A stretch of DNA of 64,000 nucleotides from an uncultured Planctomycetia bacterium. GTDB taxonomy: Bacteria; Omnitrophota; Gorgyraeia; Gorgyraeales; Gorgyraeaceae. Where the stretch lies: the NCBI GenBank assembly GCA_964415355.1, contig CAYPYS010000001.1:215399-279398 (forward strand). Direction: 5' to 3'. A model generated the notes under the pieces. The model was not told the DNA's origin, searched no databases, and worked only from the letters and a program-made list of their open reading frames with translations. The position numbers were made by a program, and so were the translations under genes. Shown here in pieces: positions 1-8,636 of the stretch (position 1 is its first letter; each line of letters opens with the position of its first letter).

Positions 1-819
1 TACTATCTCAAGCGCTGCATCAAGGTCAATGATGTTATTAAAAGAAAGTTCTTTGCCGTGCAATTGCCTTGCGTTGCTGATGCCGACCATATTCGCATTC
101 TTGTCCCTGTAAAAACTCGCCTTCTGGTGCGGATTCTCGCCGTAGCGCAAGCTCTGGACCTTGCCAAAGTTTAAACCTAATGTTTCCGGAAACTCCGCAT
201 CTTTAGCCTTTTGGCCTTTGCCGTTTGAATTTTGACTTTCTAGATACGCATGTATCGCAGCGTCATATTTTGAGGTCTTCTCAAAGACCTCAACGGCAAG
301 CTTAAAATGCAGTTTATTCGATATTGACCCATTATTTTTCTTAAGCTCTTCCAGTACCTCTTTGTAGCTATCAGGGTTACACACGATGACAATATCTTTG
401 AAATTCTTTGCTGCTGAACGCAACATGCTCGGCCCGCCTATATCTATATTTTCAATGGCCTCCTCGAATTTAACATCCTTTTTAGCCACTGTCTTCTCGA
501 AGGGATAAAGATTGACGACCACCATGTCAATCAGCTCAATGTCATGTTTATCAACCTGCTCCATATGACTCTTGTTTTCACGAAGAGACAAAAGAGCACC
601 GTGTATTTTTGGGTGCAATGTCTTGACCCTCCCATCCAGCATCTCTGGAAAACCAGTGTAGTCAGAGACAGACCTGACAGGTATGTTGAGACCTTTTATA
701 AGTTTTGCCGTTCCACCCGTCGACAATATCTCAACGCCAAGCTCGCTCAAACCTTTTGCGAATTCCTCCAGCCCACTCTTGTCTGATACGCTCACAAGCG
801 CCCTTCTTACCTTCCTCAT
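1..819 (-). CDS. purH: Bifunctional AICAR formyltransferase/IMP cyclohydrolase, 5' part (runs off the window start)
   Basis: Hand translation from ATG at 819 (GGGGGAG RBS upstream): MRKVRRALVSVSDKSG...ILSTGGTA...GRVKTLHPKIHG...VVNLYPFE...ENIDIGGPSMLRSAAKN...LRYGENPHQ. These are PurH signature motifs. Absent from the ORF track because it is truncated. Confidence 0.95.
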   Translation of the reverse strand, partial: MRKVRRALVSVSDKSGLEEFAKGLSELGVEILSTGGTAKLIKGLNIPVRSVSDYTGFPEMLDGRVKTLHPKIHGALLSLRENKSHMEQVDKHDIELIDMVVVNLYPFEKTVAKKDVKFEEAIENIDIGGPSMLRSAAKNFKDIVIVCNPDSYKEVLEELKKNNGSISNKLHFKLAVEVFEKTSKYDAAIHAYLESQNSNGKGQKAKDAEFPETLGLNFGKVQSLRYGENPHQKASFYRDKNANMVGISNARQLHGKELSFNNIIDLDAALEIV

Positions 820-836
820 TACTCCCCCCTTCTCTT

Positions 837-873
837 TAACTTTACATTTCAACAACGTTAAAGTGTAAAGTTA
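837..873. repeat. 37-bp palindromic element, copy 1 (supplies the ychF stop codon)
   Basis: TAACTTTACATTTCAACAACGTTAAAGTGTAAAGTTA; terminal TTA 871-873 is the TAA stop of ychF. Confidence 0.95.
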
Positions 874-1872
874 GATGTTGAACCTGATGTTTATTATGTC
901 TCCGTCTTTTACTATATATTCCTTTCCTTCTACTTTCAGCAAGCCTGCTTCGCGGGCCTTGGGAACAGAGCCGCATTTAATAAAATCTTCGAAATTGAGC
1001 ACCTCTGCCCTTATAAAACCTCGCCTCATATCAGAGTGTACTTTACCTGCTGCCTCTATTGCCGATAATCCAGCTTTTAAATACCAGCCACGCGTTTCCT
1101 TTTCTCCGGTCGTGAAAAAGGTGACAAGATTTAATTTCTTTAAAATCAATTGCGAAAGCCGTTCTCTAAAATTATAGCCAGCGCCTAGTTCTTTTAAAAA
1201 TTTCTCTCTTTCTCCCGGAGCCAGCTCAAGAAGTTCTGATTCTGTCTTTCCAAAAAACCGAATAGACCTGATGTCTTTTAAGCTAGCGTGTTCCTCCAGC
1301 GCCTTTATTTTGGTTTCAGCCTCTTTATCCTCGTCTGAAACATTGATTGCCAAAATCAAGGGTTTTAAACTCAAAAATACCAGGCCGGAAAGCAGCTTTA
1401 TATCTTCGTTGCCTAGCCCGGCCTTTGATAAAAACTTTCCGTCCGAAGCGATCGCCTGACATTTCTCCAATATCTCTAGTTCACGTTCTGAGTCAGATTT
1501 CTTCCCCTCTTTTTCTATCCTCTTGATCCTATTTTGTATAAGGTCAAGGTCTGATATTATGATATCCGTAAGGCAATTTTCGAATTCCTTTTTAGGGTCC
1601 TGGCTAAAAAAAGCGCCTATAACACATATAAAAAGATCCACATCGTGCAGGTCAGACAGATCCTTTTTGCTAAAAGTCGAAGTGGATCCAATATCCACAA
1701 AGGTAAATTCAGGATATGTTGCTTTTTTCGACGAAAAAACTTCACGAATCTTATCTATGCGCGGATCCAATGCCCTAAAAACGCCGATGTTACCCGAGGC
1801 GTCTTTATTTAATAAGATTTTAAATAAAGTAGTCTTTCCGCTCTGAGGAGAGCCGATTATTCCTATCTTCAT
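871..1872 (-). CDS. ychF: YchF/Obg-family ATPase, divergent
   Basis: N-terminal P-loop GSPQSGKTT, LSLKPLILAINV, and TGS/DUF933 C-terminus (TFFTTGEKETRGW, AAGKVHSDMRRGFIRAEV, EGKEYIVKDGDII). Confidence 0.85.
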   Translation of the reverse strand: MKIGIIGSPQSGKTTLFKILLNKDASGNIGVFRALDPRIDKIREVFSSKKATYPEFTFVDIGSTSTFSKKDLSDLHDVDLFICVIGAFFSQDPKKEFENCLTDIIISDLDLIQNRIKRIEKEGKKSDSERELEILEKCQAIASDGKFLSKAGLGNEDIKLLSGLVFLSLKPLILAINVSDEDKEAETKIKALEEHASLKDIRSIRFFGKTESELLELAPGEREKFLKELGAGYNFRERLSQLILKKLNLVTFFTTGEKETRGWYLKAGLSAIEAAGKVHSDMRRGFIRAEVLNFEDFIKCGSVPKAREAGLLKVEGKEYIVKDGDIINIRFNI

Positions 1873-1873
1873 T

Positions 1874-2491
1874 CTACGCAGTCTTAAGGTGGGTTACAAC
1901 CTCAAACATCTCGCTTTCTTTGCCTGCTTTATCTTCTATTTTTATCTTTATTCTGACAGCCTTTGGCAAAATACTTTCGTCTATTCCTTGCTCTTCTTCG
2001 ATCTCCTCTTCTGCATCTTCTTCGATTTCAATCATATTCCACGCCTCGCTCCACGTTGAGCCATTATAATATGAAAATTCCAATAGAGCTATATTTTCCG
2101 CTAAGATGTCACTATTGTCCTGCGTTGAAAAGTCAAAGTCAGGATCGATGTCCTCGTTGCGCATTATAAATCTTCCCTCTTTATCTAGCCAATATTCTAT
2201 CTCGACAAGCTCAAACACCCCTCCGGCGGTCGAGACAAAAGAAACAAAACCCACCTCTTCTTTATTTCCGATAAATTTACTAAGTTTATTTTCACTCACA
2301 ACTGCCTGAGAGATCTCCGCGCTCATCTTGCCAACAGCAACCCTCGCATTATGATAACGCTCGCTTCGCTTTTCGCCTTTTTGCCACGATTTGGAAGAAC
2401 TTCTGAAAATCACAAAGGTAGAAGTAACGATAACAGCAAGGATAGCCATCGCGATCAAGATCTCAACAAGTGTAAAGCCTTTTTCTCTCAT
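1874..2491 (-). CDS. Type II secretion GspJ-like minor pseudopilin
   Basis: Prepilin motif KGFTLVEILIAMAILAVI and C-terminal LPKAVRIKI. ATG 2491 has a GGAG RBS; the track start at 2521 lies inside the repeat. Confidence 0.8.
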   Translation of the reverse strand: MREKGFTLVEILIAMAILAVIVTSTFVIFRSSSKSWQKGEKRSERYHNARVAVGKMSAEISQAVVSENKLSKFIGNKEEVGFVSFVSTAGGVFELVEIEYWLDKEGRFIMRNEDIDPDFDFSTQDNSDILAENIALLEFSYYNGSTWSEAWNMIEIEEDAEEEIEEEQGIDESILPKAVRIKIKIEDKAGKESEMFEVVTHLKTA

Positions 2492-2502
2492 ACTCCAAAC
2501 CT

Positions 2503-2539
2503 TAACTTTACATTTTAACATTGTTGAAATGTAAACTTA
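2503..2539. repeat. 37-bp palindromic element, copy 2 (supplies stop codon)
   Basis: TAACTTTACATTTTAACATTGTTGAAATGTAAACTTA; TTA 2537-2539 is the stop of the upstream gene. Confidence 0.95.
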
Positions 2540-2917
2540 GCGAATGACATGCGTCACAAAATCCTTTGACCTTGTCCTGTTACGCTCGACCCAAGACACC
2601 GTCGCCGTGATCTTTCTGATATCGTCTGTAGATTCTACGCCTTCCAGCTCAGCTTCGTCAATAAATATCTCCCACTCAAAATCTCCCTCTGTCCCTGAAA
2701 GCTCTATCTTGGGTGGAAGCTCTGTTATTACATCAAATCCTGCCATCTTCACTTCTTCTAATTTATTCTGCCCCAAAAATGCAGCTTTTGTCATCATGCC
2801 TGCGCGGTATGAAGCACGGAGACCAACAGGAAATATCTGCAGAACGCCCACGAGCCCAATAGCCAGCACCCCTATAGCTATAATCAGTTCTAAAAGCGAA
2901 AATCCTCTTTTATGCAT
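2537..2917 (-). CDS. GspI/PilV-like minor pseudopilin
   Basis: Prepilin motif RGFSLLELIIAIGVLAIG, A..L.QNKLEE and C-terminal IRKITATVSW. Confidence 0.8.
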   Translation of the reverse strand: MHKRGFSLLELIIAIGVLAIGLVGVLQIFPVGLRASYRAGMMTKAAFLGQNKLEEVKMAGFDVITELPPKIELSGTEGDFEWEIFIDEAELEGVESTDDIRKITATVSWVERNRTRSKDFVTHVIR

Positions 2918-2927
2918 ATGTTTTTAC

Positions 2928-2981
2928 TACTTATACACACTGTAGGGGAGCCTTAAGGCTCCCCTACAGTGTGTATAAGTA
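2928..2981. repeat. 54-bp perfect palindrome with GTAG-type REP core
   Basis: TACTTATACACACT-GTAGGGGAGCCTTAAGGCTCCCCTAC-AGTGTGTATAAGTA, no loop and no mismatch. Confidence 0.9.
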
Positions 2982-2986
2982 TCAAG

Positions 2987-4063
2987 TCAACCGATGAGCT
3001 TAGCCAGCGAGAACAACGGCATGAACATCGATATGACAATAAAACCTACCACAAGGCCCATAAACACTATAAGTATTGGTTCCAATAGGGCGGTGAGCCC
3101 GGTTATCGCAACGTCCACTTCTTCCTCAAAATTATCAGCGATCTGAACAAGCATCTTATCCAGCTGTCCAGTCTCTTCGCCTATATTTATCATCTTTGTG
3201 ACAAGCTGAGGAAAGGCCTTGCTAGCCTCCATCGGCCCTGACACGCTCTCCCCCTCTTTTATGCTGTCACGCAACTGCATCACTGCGCGCCCCATAAATT
3301 CATTACCCACGATATCGCGTACAGTCTGCAGCGCGTTTAATATCGGCACGCCGCTCGAAAGCAATGTCCCGAGCGTCCTCGAAAACCTGGCGACTGCAAC
3401 CTGATGTATAAGATTTCCTATTACAGGAAGCTTTAGTTTAAATTTGTCAACAACTGCTTTCCTGTCGGGACTTCTCAGTAAAAGTTTATACAGCAAAATG
3501 AATGCAACCGGGACAAGCGGAAGCAGATACCAGAATTTCCTGATAATATTGCTTGTAGTTATAAGTATCTTTGTCGGGAGCGGCAACGCGCCACCCAACT
3601 CTGAAAACATATTGGTGAACGTCGGGATCACAAACACCATGAGCATTATAAGTATAAGGACAGCTACCGTGAGCACAAAGGCGGGATACATAAGAGCTGA
3701 CTTTATCTTGTCCTTTAGCTTCTGATTCTTATCCAGAAATTCAGAGAGCCTCCTGAGGATGCCCTCTAACATGCCGCCGACCTCTCCTGCTTTTATCATA
3801 TTTACATAAAATTCTGGAAATACACCTGGAAAATGAGAAAGCGCCTCTGAAAAATTTGTTCCGCTTTCTACTTCTCCGGCTAAATCACTGATTATATCCT
3901 TCAAGGTGCCGGTTTCCAATTGATCATGAAGTGTCCTAAGCGCTTTTACGAGAGGCAGGCCTGCTGCTATGAGAGTGGAAAGCTGTTTCGTGAATACAAC
4001 GAGAGATTTTGTGCTGACGCGTTTCTTAGGATTTAAGAATGAGAGGTATTTGGTGAGATCCAT
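2987..4063 (-). CDS. Type II secretion/type IV pilus platform protein GspF/PilC
   Basis: FTKQLSTLIAAGLPL, GEVGGML, KIKSALMYP, FSRTLGTLLSSGVP, GEETGQLD, LLEPILI. Confidence 0.93.
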   Translation of the reverse strand: MDLTKYLSFLNPKKRVSTKSLVVFTKQLSTLIAAGLPLVKALRTLHDQLETGTLKDIISDLAGEVESGTNFSEALSHFPGVFPEFYVNMIKAGEVGGMLEGILRRLSEFLDKNQKLKDKIKSALMYPAFVLTVAVLILIMLMVFVIPTFTNMFSELGGALPLPTKILITTSNIIRKFWYLLPLVPVAFILLYKLLLRSPDRKAVVDKFKLKLPVIGNLIHQVAVARFSRTLGTLLSSGVPILNALQTVRDIVGNEFMGRAVMQLRDSIKEGESVSGPMEASKAFPQLVTKMINIGEETGQLDKMLVQIADNFEEEVDVAITGLTALLEPILIVFMGLVVGFIVISMFMPLFSLAKLIG

Positions 4064-4071
4064 TACCTGTG

Positions 4072-5223
4072 CTACCGAGCTATTAAATCGTCAACTTCTA
4101 TTTTATAGCCATCCTTCATATGTTTTATATCGCAGGCAGAGATCCTATCTCGGACCTGAATCACTTCTATAGAGCCAACCGCAAGACCACCTTTATGGAC
4201 ATCGAAGTATGTGCCTACGTCAATGCCATCCCGCCTGCCCAGGTCTATAACAACAAAATCATGCTCCCTGTTTATCGTAATTATCCTCCCCTTTAAATAA
4301 GAGGAAGAATTGGTTATCTTCTCGAGAGGCGACGTGCGCGTTCTGGTCGTAGGCCGCGAAGAATATTTCCCTTCTACAAAAATAGGCGGCAGCTCGACTT
4401 CAGCAGGCGCCTGATAAGTCTCAGCCCGGATATCGTCTACGCCCATTTTAGTTTTATGACTAGCGAAAGCTACCTTAAGCCTCTCTATCTGATCCTCTTT
4501 TTCTGCGAGGAGTTTATCAAATTTGCCAATTGCTCCTTCGAATTCTTCCAGCTTTGCTCTTAAAAGGCGATTCTCAGCCTTCACTTCCTCAAACTCCTGT
4601 ATTCCTTCTTCGCCCCTGCTTTTCTCTTCTAATAAATCCATGCTCAATGCCTCTGCGACCTGACCCGAGTCAGCAATCTTCTGTTCTAATATAAAATTTT
4701 CTTTTTCAAGCTTTGAAAGTTTTATGCTAAAATCCATATTTTCTGCCTTTAGCTTCTCCATCTCGGAATTCTTTGGCTCGAGTAAACCCATCAGCCTTTT
4801 CAGTTCCACTTCCAGCGAAACCTTCTCTTTCAAAAGCTTAGCGACAAATCTATCCGATTCCATTTCCTTTAGCCTCTTCTCAACAAAAAACTTACCCTTC
4901 TTGACCCTCACGAGTTCCTTGTCCAGATCATCCTTTTCCTTCAGAAGCTCCTTGTATTCTGACTTAAGATCCTCGTTTCGAGACTCTAAAATACCGAGTT
5001 CCTTCTTTACTGCATCAAGTTTTGCCTCTAATTCAGCATTCTTTCTCCTGGAAACAGTAATCTCCCGATTCTGCCTCTCTAGAGTAGTCTTGAAAAGAGT
5101 CTCTAAATCCACAAAATCACCGTAAAGCTTTTCTTTGGACACGAAAAACCATCCGGCGCTGAAACTACTTAGTATAACAAGCGCCACTAATATCCAAAGT
5201 ATCGAACGCAAAGTTCTATCCAT
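4072..5223 (-). CDS. Membrane-anchored coiled-coil protein with C-terminal beta domain
   Basis: N-terminal TM helix, long E/K/L heptad region, C-terminal FVVIDLGRRDGI...G.IEV domain. Confidence 0.7.
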   Translation of the reverse strand: MDRTLRSILWILVALVILSSFSAGWFFVSKEKLYGDFVDLETLFKTTLERQNREITVSRRKNAELEAKLDAVKKELGILESRNEDLKSEYKELLKEKDDLDKELVRVKKGKFFVEKRLKEMESDRFVAKLLKEKVSLEVELKRLMGLLEPKNSEMEKLKAENMDFSIKLSKLEKENFILEQKIADSGQVAEALSMDLLEEKSRGEEGIQEFEEVKAENRLLRAKLEEFEGAIGKFDKLLAEKEDQIERLKVAFASHKTKMGVDDIRAETYQAPAEVELPPIFVEGKYSSRPTTRTRTSPLEKITNSSSYLKGRIITINREHDFVVIDLGRRDGIDVGTYFDVHKGGLAVGSIEVIQVRDRISACDIKHMKDGYKIEVDDLIAR

Positions 5224-5248
5224 ACAGCCCTTTCGGTATAATAAGCAC

Positions 5249-5285
5249 TAACTTTACATTTTAACATTGTTGAAATGTAAAGTTA
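5249..5285. repeat. 37-bp palindromic element, copy 3 (supplies stop codon)
   Basis: TAACTTTACATTTTAACATTGTTGAAATGTAAAGTTA; TTA 5283-5285 is the RND stop. Confidence 0.95.
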
Positions 5286-8200
5286 GGCGGGATGGTTCCG
5301 GGATTTCACTTTTATTATACCATAAATCCTGTTTTGAACAAATAATATTAATTGCATTGGATTAAAGCTTCTTCTGAGATCATCGAAGATCAAATAAAGG
5401 CTGGGAATTAAAAATAATGTGAGGACGGTGGAAGAGATAAGCCCCCCTATGACAGTTATCGCCAAAGGAGACCATAGATTAGCTGACTCGCTCCTGTCAA
5501 ATGCCATTGGCAAAAGCCCCAGGATAGTCGTAGAGGTAGTCATTACTATAGGCCTGAAGCGGTCTTCTCCTGCCTCCAGCACTGACTTTAAAATAGTCCC
5601 TCGTTTCCTTTTTTCTCTCGTCTTAAGCCTTTCCATTCTAGGAAGATGGAAAAGCGGGCCCCTTTTCTTTCTCCCTCTTAAAAAATTAATCCTGTCCACC
5701 AGGACAATGGAATTATTCACGACGATACCGGCCAGCATAATCGCACCTATTATAACTCCGCGGCTGATGGGTTTTTTCGTGATCTCAAGCGCCAAAACCA
5801 CCCCGATCACTGCCAGCGGAACCGCGATCATTATAACAAAAGGCTGCACATATGACTCGAAGAGGGACGCCAGCACAAGGTATACCAAAAATATCGTTAT
5901 CCATAAAACACCTGTGGGAAAGGCCCATAATTCCTTCTCGCTCTCCTTCAATCTTTCATAATCTCCGCCTATCCTATAATAATAATCCCTTGGGAATGTC
6001 ATGTCGGATAGATTCGACTTTATCCTCTTCTCCGCATCCACAAGCGTGCCCTTTGTAACAAGAGCCGTAATGTGCACGACCCTCATCTTATTTTTTCTTA
6101 CTATCTCACTCGAGCCTATCTGAGGATTAAACTCTGCCACCTGCTCAAGTATCAGAGGATCTCTGTCTTTCGAAAAAAGTATTAATTTTCTTAGATCATC
6201 GAGGCGCTCCCTGTCTTCTTTTCTTAGACGCGAAATAGTCTCTATCTCTCTCGCTTCCGTATGATATAATGTCGCTCTCAAGCCCCTTATCTCAGTATGA
6301 AGCGTCGTCGCTATGTCTCTGGTCGTCAAACCGAGCATGGCTGCCCTTTCTTTGTCGACTACGACGCCCCATTCCGGCCTGCCGCTGATCCTGGACATCC
6401 TGATATCTTCAAAGCCCTGCATTGCGCCTAGCCGCGTCGCAATCGAGACTGAAAGCTCCCTCAATACGTCATAATCATACCCATAAAGATCTACTACCAT
6501 CTCTTTCAAACCCTTTTCCTCTATTTCAGAAAAATAGATAAAACCCCCTCTGTATTTTTCTTCGACTGAGTGGGCGACATTCCGGATATCCTCTATGATG
6601 ACCTTTGTAGAACGCTGCCTCTGCATAAGAGGCAGAAGTTTTATATATATCTTCCCTGACCACGGCTCCACGCGTGAGGTAAAAGTCTTTATTTCCGGGA
6701 GCTCATCCAGCAACACCTCTATCTCCTTCACCATCTGGTCAGTCACATCGAGCTTTGCGCCAGGCTCCAGCTCGACAAAAATAGTAAATCTTCCCTCCTC
6801 TGTACCTATCATAAATTCCCTGTCCAAGAAAAATCCGCGTAACAAGACCAGCGCGAACAAGAAGAATGCTATCCCTGTAGCTATATATCTAAACCTCAGC
6901 CCGTAACCAAGAAATCTCCGATAATAAATCTTCAATCTCGTGAGCGTGTATTTTTTAAACATTAGTTTTTCGGATTCTTTCAGTCGAGGCATTATCTTCA
7001 TGCGGTCCGACAGCATGGGCACGAGCGTCAATGCTACGAACAGCGAGCTTAGGAGCGAATATGTCACTGTCAATGACAGCCCGCTCCACAGCATTCGCGT
7101 GGCCTTGTTTACAAAGACAAAGGGCAGGAATACGATTATAGTTGTAACAGTAGATGCGAATATCGCGAGGCCCACCTCGGATGTCCCGCCAACAACTGCG
7201 CTGGTGTATTTAGCCTTCCAGTCTTTTTTAGAATAATCGATAGCGCTTTTTTTCTTTTGAATATTATCGAGCACGACTATAGAATTGTCGACTAGCATGC
7301 CTATACCGAGCGCAAGGCCGCTGAGTGTCATAACGTTTATAGTTATCTTGTAAAAATACATCAGCGCAAACGTGAGCATGACTGATATGGGTATAGAAAC
7401 GGCTATGATCGAAGTCACATAGGGATCTCTCAAGAAGAGAAACAGTATCACAATGGCCAGGATCGCGCCGTACAGAAGAGACGTCCTAACAGCGACTATC
7501 GCCTCTTTTATCGCCTCAGATTTATTCAAAGTCGACTTTATAAATATATCCTTGTCCAGCGTCCTTTTTAAGCGGTTAAGCTCTTTCTGTATGCTCGATA
7601 TGACCTGGATTGTATTAGCGGTCGACTCTTTTTGAATATATATAGAGACGACGGGCTCTATGTCTGTCCTCGCGTAACTCGTGGGTTCCAAAAAAGAATC
7701 CCTCACCTTTGCGATTTCTTTAAGCCTGACTATGGAGCCATGAGCAGTGGTGGCGATGCCCAGATTTTTTATATCCTCGACAGACTGGAATTCTCCTATT
7801 ATCCTTACCAGAAATTTATTCTTGCCGTGCTTAATATCTCCTGCGAGCAAATTCAGATTGTTTACGCCAAGAAGATTGACAACCTGCTCAATAGGGACAT
7901 TGTACTGATGCAGTTTGTTCTTATCTATCTCGACGAGAATCTTTCGCTCCCTGCCCCCGTATATATCCACATTCGCAACGCCTTCCACGCGCAGCACTCG
8001 TTCTTTCACCTGTTCGTCTACGACTTTTCGCAACATCTCCGGCGAATAATTCTTTCCGGTGACTGCCAGGACCAGAATAGGCATGTCGGATTCTTTATAC
8101 TGTGCTATTATCGGTTTCTCTATCTCCTGCGGGAGTTTTTCTCTTATCTTTGAAAATTTTTCTCTAACTTCGAGCGCGGCAAAATCCATATTAGTGCCTG

Positions 8201-8492
8201 GCTCAAATTCAAGCCAGATCCTGGACTCTCCTGATTTTGAAGTGGAATAGATATTTTCCAGATGACTTACAGAGCTGACCGCCTCCTCAATGGGCTTAGT
8301 TACCATGACCTCTACTTCCTGCGGAGGCATGCCGCCTCTTATCCCGACGATAATACTTATGTCGCCGTAGGCTATGTTCGGCTTTAGATCAACTGGAAGG
8401 TTTAATAGAGACACGAATCCCACCAGCAATATGCCAATAAAAAGCATAGCTATGGTAACCGGCCTCCTGACTGAAAAACCTGATAGGCTCAT
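5283..8492 (-). CDS. RND (AcrB/AcrD/AcrF family) efflux permease
   Basis: SVRRPVT, VTKPIEEAV, GMLVDNSIVVLDNI, GIVVNNSIVLVD, RFRPIVMT, PLAITVIGGL. Confidence 0.93.
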   Translation of the reverse strand: MSLSGFSVRRPVTIAMLFIGILLVGFVSLLNLPVDLKPNIAYGDISIIVGIRGGMPPQEVEVMVTKPIEEAVSSVSHLENIYSTSKSGESRIWLEFEPGTNMDFAALEVREKFSKIREKLPQEIEKPIIAQYKESDMPILVLAVTGKNYSPEMLRKVVDEQVKERVLRVEGVANVDIYGGRERKILVEIDKNKLHQYNVPIEQVVNLLGVNNLNLLAGDIKHGKNKFLVRIIGEFQSVEDIKNLGIATTAHGSIVRLKEIAKVRDSFLEPTSYARTDIEPVVSIYIQKESTANTIQVISSIQKELNRLKRTLDKDIFIKSTLNKSEAIKEAIVAVRTSLLYGAILAIVILFLFLRDPYVTSIIAVSIPISVMLTFALMYFYKITINVMTLSGLALGIGMLVDNSIVVLDNIQKKKSAIDYSKKDWKAKYTSAVVGGTSEVGLAIFASTVTTIIVFLPFVFVNKATRMLWSGLSLTVTYSLLSSLFVALTLVPMLSDRMKIMPRLKESEKLMFKKYTLTRLKIYYRRFLGYGLRFRYIATGIAFFLFALVLLRGFFLDREFMIGTEEGRFTIFVELEPGAKLDVTDQMVKEIEVLLDELPEIKTFTSRVEPWSGKIYIKLLPLMQRQRSTKVIIEDIRNVAHSVEEKYRGGFIYFSEIEEKGLKEMVVDLYGYDYDVLRELSVSIATRLGAMQGFEDIRMSRISGRPEWGVVVDKERAAMLGLTTRDIATTLHTEIRGLRATLYHTEAREIETISRLRKEDRERLDDLRKLILFSKDRDPLILEQVAEFNPQIGSSEIVRKNKMRVVHITALVTKGTLVDAEKRIKSNLSDMTFPRDYYYRIGGDYERLKESEKELWAFPTGVLWITIFLVYLVLASLFESYVQPFVIMIAVPLAVIGVVLALEITKKPISRGVIIGAIMLAGIVVNNSIVLVDRINFLRGRKKRGPLFHLPRMERLKTREKRKRGTILKSVLEAGEDRFRPIVMTTSTTILGLLPMAFDRSESANLWSPLAITVIGGLISSTVLTLFLIPSLYLIFDDLRRSFNPMQLILFVQNRIYGIIKVKSRNHPA

Positions 8493-8502
8493 AGTAACTC
8501 TT

Positions 8503-8550
8503 TGTCATTCCCGCGAAGCTTGTCCCCGTGAAAACGGGGAGCGGGAATCC
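8503..8550. repeat. GTCATTCCCGCG...GCGGGAATCC REP-like element with an internal CCCCGT-GAAA-ACGGGG hairpin insert
   Basis: Matches the copies at 13698 and 25384 apart from the extra hairpin at 8523-8540. Confidence 0.8.
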
Positions 8551-8560
8551 ATATCTCGCG

Positions 8561-8597
8561 TAAGTATACATTTTAACGTTGTTGAAATGTATACTTA
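8561..8597. repeat. 37-bp palindromic element, copy 4
   Basis: TAAGTATACATTTTAACGTTGTTGAAATGTATACTTA; tandem with copy 5, separated by CG. Confidence 0.95.
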
Positions 8598-8599
8598 CG

Positions 8600-8636
8600 T
8601 AACTTTACATTTTAACAATGTTAAAGTGTAAAGTTA
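8600..8636. repeat. 37-bp palindromic element, copy 5 (supplies stop codon)
   Basis: TAACTTTACATTTTAACAATGTTAAAGTGTAAAGTTA; TTA 8634-8636 is the RND stop. Confidence 0.95.

Noticed and set aside
2492-2521. Shared MLKCK N-terminus of track ORFs (starts 2521, 20001, 24504 and 26363)
   Set aside because: Artifact of start codons inside the repeat; better starts lie downstream.
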